From the human T2T-CHM13v2.0 reference genome, Homo sapiens: 64,000 nucleotides of DNA. The position numbers and the translations under genes were made by a program. How positions within the stretch are numbered: the first letter of the stretch is position 1; each line of letters opens with the position of its first letter. Under the pieces are notes generated by a model that saw only the letters and a program-made list of their open reading frames with translations, ran no database searches and was not told the DNA's origin. Shown one piece after another: positions 49,415 through 64,000 of this stretch. The stretch lies in the NCBI RefSeq assembly GCF_009914755.1, contig NC_060931.1. One strand, written 5' to 3'.

Positions 49415-49948
49415 CCAAAATTTTTTTTTTTAATATAAATCCTCTTACTGTGACTTGCACCAACTGTTCATGACATGCTTGGACTTTTTGGTTTGTCCTG
49501 AACATTCCTCCTTCTTAAACAAGTGGTCATTTTATTTTAGGACTAAATTTACCATACAAGATTGTTTTTCATATAAAATTACTTCTCTTAAAGCTTTCTT
49601 ACCACAAAATACTTCTTTATTTTTATAACTTTCTTTACATTTCTTTTTTTTCTGGTTCCTTTTGTTTTACACATAACCTTTAAATGAGCTTTGAATTAGA
49701 CAAAATTTGTTCACATTTTTTTAAAAGGATGCACTTTTTTTTTTTGAAGAATGTTTTCCTACAGTATATATTTATTGGGAAATACCCAAATAATGAAATA
49801 TCTATTAATTAATTCAATATAGCTTTATATTCCAAATTATGACTGGTTTGGCTATAAGTATTTATCCCATTACATTTACATAATTATTTAATTTTAATTG
49901 TTTATGTAGATTATTTATGAAAACTGTGATAGTCGTGATTCAAAGTTA

Positions 49949-50200
49949 TGAAACCACCATTGCAAAATTATAACTGAGACAGTGAAAAAAGATTTGACCT
50001 AACTGACTCCATCTTGCTCTTAACCTTCAAGCTGTCCTTGTTCATTCCTGGGCATCAGCTGAACTAACTTTGGGAGGAACTTAGTATATAGCTTTCAAAC
50101 AAAGATGGTAGCAGTCCTTTCCCAAAACACACCTCCTTATTGCCTGTGGACTAGACTGCCTAAAGCCACAAGATTAGAAGTTACGGTAATCTTACTAAAT
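49949..50200 (+). mobile_element. LTR8-like fragment within MER4-int
   Basis: tgaaaccaccattgcaaaattataactgagacagtgaaa...gactccatcttgc...ctgaactaactttgggaggaacttag. Confidence 0.75.
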
Positions 50201-50264
50201 TTAAGATGCAGCTATTTTCATTAAACCCATATTGATGTCTTATTTATTAAAAATTACACAAGCA

Positions 50265-50488
<224 letters not shown>

Positions 50489-51057
50489 TTACACAAGCAA
50501 AGATCATTCTCTTTTGGGCCAGGTTTATAGTTTTGTAACCCCTATGCCACATTTTGATACCTTATAGTATTTCGCTGGGATAAGTATGAAATTGCTTGAT
50601 TAATAAATGCAAACAAAAATGTATGCTGGCAATTCTTAGGACACTTCTAATATTACTTTACCAATAATTTTACAGCTAGCTTATTTATTAAAGATTTTAA
50701 TTAAGTTACATGAACTTGAAAAAGCATTTTCTTTTTTAGTATCTAAGTGCTTTTATTTTTTGTAAGCCAATTAGAGCTCTTTTATATATTTTTAGTAGTG
50801 AAACATTGTGTACACAACACATAAATACATACATTAGGCATGTTAATGTTATTATAGATTCATAAAAACCATTTTCTCCTATGTTAGACTTTTAGATTCT
50901 TGATAACCTGTTTTACAACCCTGGGCAATTTTCAGCTAAACAGCCTTAAATTTGCATATTAAAGGAAGCAACTCAGGTGAAAGTCAAATAGCAACATTTA
51001 CATTATAAAATACAAAAAGAAAAAGGTTGGATTATAGAAATTATAAAGTCCTTTAAA

Positions 51058-51059
<2 letters not shown>

Positions 51060-51108
<49 letters not shown>
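51060..51108. repeat. (CA)n/(CG)n microsatellite
   Basis: Directly visible. Confidence 0.95.
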
Positions 51109-51110
<2 letters not shown>

Positions 51111-53983
51111 GATCCTATAGCTTTTACTTCAGAACTTTTAGCCATGAAGTAAATACAAACTTACTGGCTTGCAAAAAAAAAACTTGTTGGATCTAAACAG
51201 TGGTTTTTATCTCAATAGAAAAATAACAGCAGATTTAGAGTGGCAGAAAAGAAGAAATAGAGAACAGGGGGACTTAGGAACGCTCTAGTTTGCAGGCTGA
51301 CTTTAGGGCTATTTTTCCTTAATGTAAATGTGCACAAAGACCATATTATTTCCATAAAGTTTGGCAAACAGAGGTGCCATTAAATCTACAGAGTGCTCAA
51401 AAGGGGGTCATTCTCCTTGTTTTCTCCTCACTCTTGTTTCTTACTTTTTTTTCTTAAAAGGAGGAACTGAGCTGTGGTCTAGGGTTTTTGTGTGGTGGAT
51501 TCATATGTGCTGCTTGCGGGCAGCACTCTACAGTGTGTCACCACTGAGCCGTTTCCACCCTTTTCTGTGCCTCAGTTTCTCTCTCCAAAGGTCTGTGACC
51601 TCAGAGAGGGCTCAAAATGCCAGGTGATCAGCCCTTGTATGTGTTTCCTGGATAAGCCATTTTTAAAATTAAGTTTTTTGGGGGATTGCCCTGCAGGGCC
51701 ACTGCATGTCATGGGGGATCAACCCCTCAGACACTCCCATGAGGCCCAGGGGTGCCTTTTGGCTGGGAGGGGCAAAATGCCCTTTCTCTTCACAGCTGAG
51801 AAAACTCAGTTTCATTAATATATGAAAACAACAATTCAGTTCCTCATGCAAATGCACACAGAAAAACCAAATTAAGATTAAATTTGGGAGAAAAGCAACA
51901 GAGAGGACCCTTTAGAATGCATCTCAGAACTAGAATTAGGATCCTTAAACAACAACTTCAGAGGGGAACAAACAACAAAGAAACCCAACAATTGATCACT
52001 GAGCGCTCTAATGGTAAGGAGAAATTCAGACCAGCTGGTTGTTAATCTTAACTTTGGCCAAGACAAACCCCAATTCACTTACTCACCTAGGGATGGATCT
52101 CAGGCTGAAGACTGCTCTCTACCATCCCAGAAGCAGAAAAAAACAAAACAAAACAAAACAAAACTCATCTTCCCTGTTGGAAGTGAGCTCAAACTCCATA
52201 AAGGAGTTACCTGCCTTTCATCATTATGGAAGCAGGAAAAACTTGCCTTCCTTATGTTGGAAGCAAGTAAAACTCCAAGAAAAAGAGGAGTTGTACAGCA
52301 AAATAAACTTTAGATCTTGACCAAATTTTGGGAGATCAGGACTTCTCTGGAGGGGGTGCTCTCAGACTTCAGCAAATTGTCCTTTTGGTGTGAGCCATAA
52401 TGTTAGCTCATGCTGGTACCAAGCACCGATAGGAGATTTGTCAAAAGTCAGGGGCATCTCCATTCACAATTCCCCCATGGTTACCAAAATGTGAACCCTG
52501 AAAATCTGAGACATGTCTCAGTTAATTTAGAAAGTTTATTTTGCTAAGGTTGAGGATAAGCCCATGACATAGTCTCAGGAGGTCTTGACAACATGTGCCC
52601 AAGGTGGTCAGGGCAAAGCTTGGTTTTAAACATTTTAGGGAGACATGGGACATCAATCAATACATGTAAGAAGTATTGGTTCCCTCCAGAAAGGCAGGGA
52701 GAGTTCAAAGCAAGGACCCCCCAACCCTGGGGGATTCCAGGTCACAGGTAGGTGAGAAACAAATGGTTGCATTCTTTTGGGTTTCTGATAAGTCTTTCCA
52801 AAGGAGCTAATCAGAATATGCATCTATCTCTGTGAGTAGAGGGATGACTTTGAATAGAATGGGAGGCAGATTATCCTGAAGAGTTCCCAGTTTGAAGGGG
52901 ACCAAGATATTTTCCTTTCACAGGGGTACCCATTTGTTGATTCTCTTTTCTTCCTTGGACATCCTGTGATTTCCTCTCTTTCCATCAAGGGGCACACCAG
53001 GCTTTTGGGTCTTCAGGTATAAGCACTCAGCTGGGAAGCTGAGATCCTAGAAAACACAGCTGGAAAGAAATACAGGTCACACTGCGTTTGTAGCTAGTGA
53101 GACTTTTCTTTCTTCTAGCTGCCTCTGGTTTGATTGTGGATCTTGAGAGGATTGCTTTTCACCTCTTTGGAGATTTCTAGTTCATCCTTGCTTCGCTAAG
53201 TCACAACATCAGGTAAGGTTTATTGCTTTTGATGAGTTACTAGAAAAGTTACCTTAAAAAAAAAAGCTGGTTATAGTGTTTATAAAAGATAATTTCACAA
53301 GTAAAGTAGGCTAGCTGCTTTTTCAGAGTCAAATATGCTGAGTCCAGGCATAGGGCATGCTTTTGTTGCCTTACTCTCATTAAGGGGATCCACCCTGAAA
53401 TCAACAATCAATCAAGAAACAGGTTAAGTTGAAAAGACCACATCTCTAACTATATTGGTCTCCAAAATATGACTGTCTGGAGTTTACCTAGTTATTTTGA
53501 AACTCTTTGTAAAGAAAATTTACATCTATAAAGAAAATTTCTATTTGCAAAGGCATCTTTCTCCTGCATTTAAACCACTAGAAACTTTTAAGATAGGAAA
53601 GACATTTGCTTAATGTTTACATAGCAAACCTTACCTATGTTTAAGATACTTTCCCTGTCAATCTTTATTTTGACAGAGCCTTTACGTATGTTCTTCTTGT
53701 CTCACAAATAATGCTGCTTAGATTTAGGTTGTGTGCCTTTGGGATGTAAATTTTTACTTAAGGAACCATCCTTTTAGAAGTGCAAATTTAGGACTGCCTA
53801 GCTAAGAATTGTTTAGGGCTTGACAGTTTAAAGTGGGGAGAGAAATCATTTGAAAACTGGAAAATGAGAAACCTAATAAAGCTATAAAATCTCCTGTCTG
53901 TGAGTCTGTATGTCTGTATGTGTCATGTTTATGTTATGTTTTATCACTAAAATATATGAAAGAACTCTAATTAATTGGCTTAA

Positions 53984-54304
<321 letters not shown>

Positions 54305-54922
54305 TAAATTAAATATCTCCTCAGAAAAATAAAAAGTAACTCAAATGCCTCTTAGTATACATGACTTGAGTACGTTTTTGGTAAATAAGATGTTTTGTTT
54401 CCTAGAGTCAATTTTTTTTTCTTTTGGCCAATTTATAGCTCACGAAAATTGAGTAAAGCATACTTTTGTCAGCAAGATTGAAACATTTATATTTCTCTTT
54501 ACCTGGTTTTTCCAGAATTTGGAAACTAAATATTTTTAATTTATAACATTATTTGCATTAAGTTTATCAATAGTATGTTTTCTTTTATAAGAGGACACAT
54601 CGGAGACACTGATAATTTTACCAAAGCTTGGACTGGAAAGGCATATTTTCAAGATACGACAGATTGCTTTAAGGAGTTGAGGTTGGTTTCATAAAAGGAC
54701 CCTTGGAAAGACTGGCCCAATACTTTGTCTGTACAGTTCCCTTACAAAGTTTGTGACCTCATGGTAAGTAAAAATGTCACCTTCTGACAGGTCCATGAAC
54801 CTCAAAATACTTTGGGACATTGAGAAGAGCTTACCCAATTCATACAGGCATTGCAGGCACAGTCTAACGGTGAATCCTTGGCTTGGCCTTCTAGCCCCAA
54901 GAGGCTTTTAAAAGTCTAACCT

Positions 54923-55304
<382 letters not shown>

Positions 55305-55439
55305 TTATGCAAATAATCAGACCAAGTATAATAAGACTATAAAACTTATATTACAAATAACTTGGTACTACTAAGATTTATCTTTGGTAGAAATGGAGAA
55401 CTTGGGAGAGCAAAATTATGTTTCAGAAGAAAATTGTAG

Positions 55440-56287
<848 letters not shown>

Positions 56288-56360
56288 ATCCTTAATCTTT
56301 ATACTTGAATAAGTTCTCTTTTAACTAGACTCTGAACTTTTTGATTATTTTAGTTTGACA

Positions 56361-57357
56361 CTATACTCTGATGTATGTAATAAAGTGTTTAAAGTTATTT
56401 GTTTGAAAGATGTTTTTTACTATGTAAGGCTTCACTGTAAGTGGTATTATATTCGTGAATACATGTATGTACATAGTAAAGATTTTATAGACACATTTAA
56501 TAAATCTAACAATATTACTTATTAGCTGTATTGTTAACAGTGTTAATTCACTCATTGTAAGTGGTTACCAAGTTATAACATCTGCAGTGACATCTAAAAC
56601 ACTTCTTTCAAAAATATTTTGTAGCATGTGGCTTACAGGCTTTGTAACCATCATTTTCAGCAAACTAACACAAAATCAGAAAACCAAACACTGTATGCTC
56701 TCACTCGTAAGCGAGAGTTGAATAATGAGAACACATGTACACAGGGAGGGGAACACCACACACCGGGGCCTGTCACGGGGTGGGGGCCAAGGCAAGGGAT
56801 AGCATTAGGAGAAATACCTAATGTAGATGACAGGTTGATGGGTGCAGCAAACCACCACGGCACCTGTATACCTATGTAACAAACCTGCACGTGTATACCT
56901 ATGTAACAAATCTGCACGTTCTGCACATGTATCCCAGAACTTAAAGTATAATAATAAAAAAAGAGTGTTACTTCAATGAATCAATGTAATATATGAAGTG
57001 TGACTACATCTATGTTTATAAGATAATTTTAAGAATGTTACTTATAAGTTGCATTAATAGTATTAATTCAGTCAATGAAAGAGTTTACCAAGGTCTAAAG
57101 TATGTATGTGTTTAAACATACTTCCTTAATAAAAACTTTTTCTTATATATGTTACATGCTTTTTTGTGAAGAAGGTTATGTTAGTTAACACATATTATGT
57201 ATGTAATGAAGTGTTTGTAGATACATTTAAAATATGATTCTAATAATTTTCCTAAAAACTGATGTTAACAATGTGAATTCAGTGAGTGTAAGTGGCAAGT
57301 AAACCATAATGTATGTAATAAAGTGTTTAAAGATACTCGTTTAAAATATTTTTAAAA
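56361..57357. repeat. More diverged AT-rich tandem units related to the 34-37 kb array, interrupted by an L1PA tail
   Basis: Recurring aacagtgttaattca..g.aagtgg..acca, gacacattt and atgtaataaagtgtttaaag motifs parallel aacagtgttatttcagtgaatggaagtgttcacca of the main array. Confidence 0.55.
56646..56962 (+). mobile_element. L1PA (L1PA7-like) 3' end
   Basis: gggatagcattaggagaaatacctaatgtagatgac...atcccagaacttaaagtataat + A tail; internal tandem duplication of tgtatacctatgtaacaaa.ctgcacg. Confidence 0.93.
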
Positions 57358-57422
57358 ACCATCTGCCTGCCTCGACTTCCCAAAGTGCTGGGATTATAGG
57401 CGTGAGCCACCACGCCCAGCCC

Positions 57423-64000
<6,578 letters not shown>

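Noticed and set aside
49949-50200. Independent LTR8 insertion
   Set aside because: Partial, no TSD seen, and LTR8-like segments are, as I recall, a recurrent part of MER4 internal sequences.

Overview
Primate (most likely human) repeat-dense genomic DNA with no intact cellular protein-coding gene. There are four main non-TE elements. (1) An unprocessed COL11A2-derived pseudogene fragment (~9.26-15.95 kb, + strand) with 23 recognisable triple-helix exon remnants, two of them out of parental order. (2) A GC-rich, promoter-like block right after it, with a near-consensus CTCF site (16207-16225) and a minus-strand CCAAT+TATA pair (~17.07-17.12 kb). (3) An old, degenerate tandem array of ~110-117-bp units that I cannot assign to a named satellite (core 33.9-37.2 kb, ~29 units). 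Its remnants run from 31.4 kb to ~57.4 kb, broken up by later TE insertions, and its consensus can fold as a ~70-nt hairpin. (4) A CDC42 processed pseudogene (59683-61186, - strand) inserted with a TSD into an old L1. The rest is L1 (an L1PA with an intact 5' end and an extended open ORF0, a full-length L1PA15/16-like element, L1M fragments), ~30 Alus, MaLR LTRs, a complete THE1 element and a nested set of MER4-group ERV1 proviruses with readable TSDs. Several small template-switch or templated-insertion scars are visible. TE subfamily names and parental sequences are recalled from memory and should be confirmed with RepeatMasker/BLAT; TE boundaries are approximate unless a TSD is quoted.
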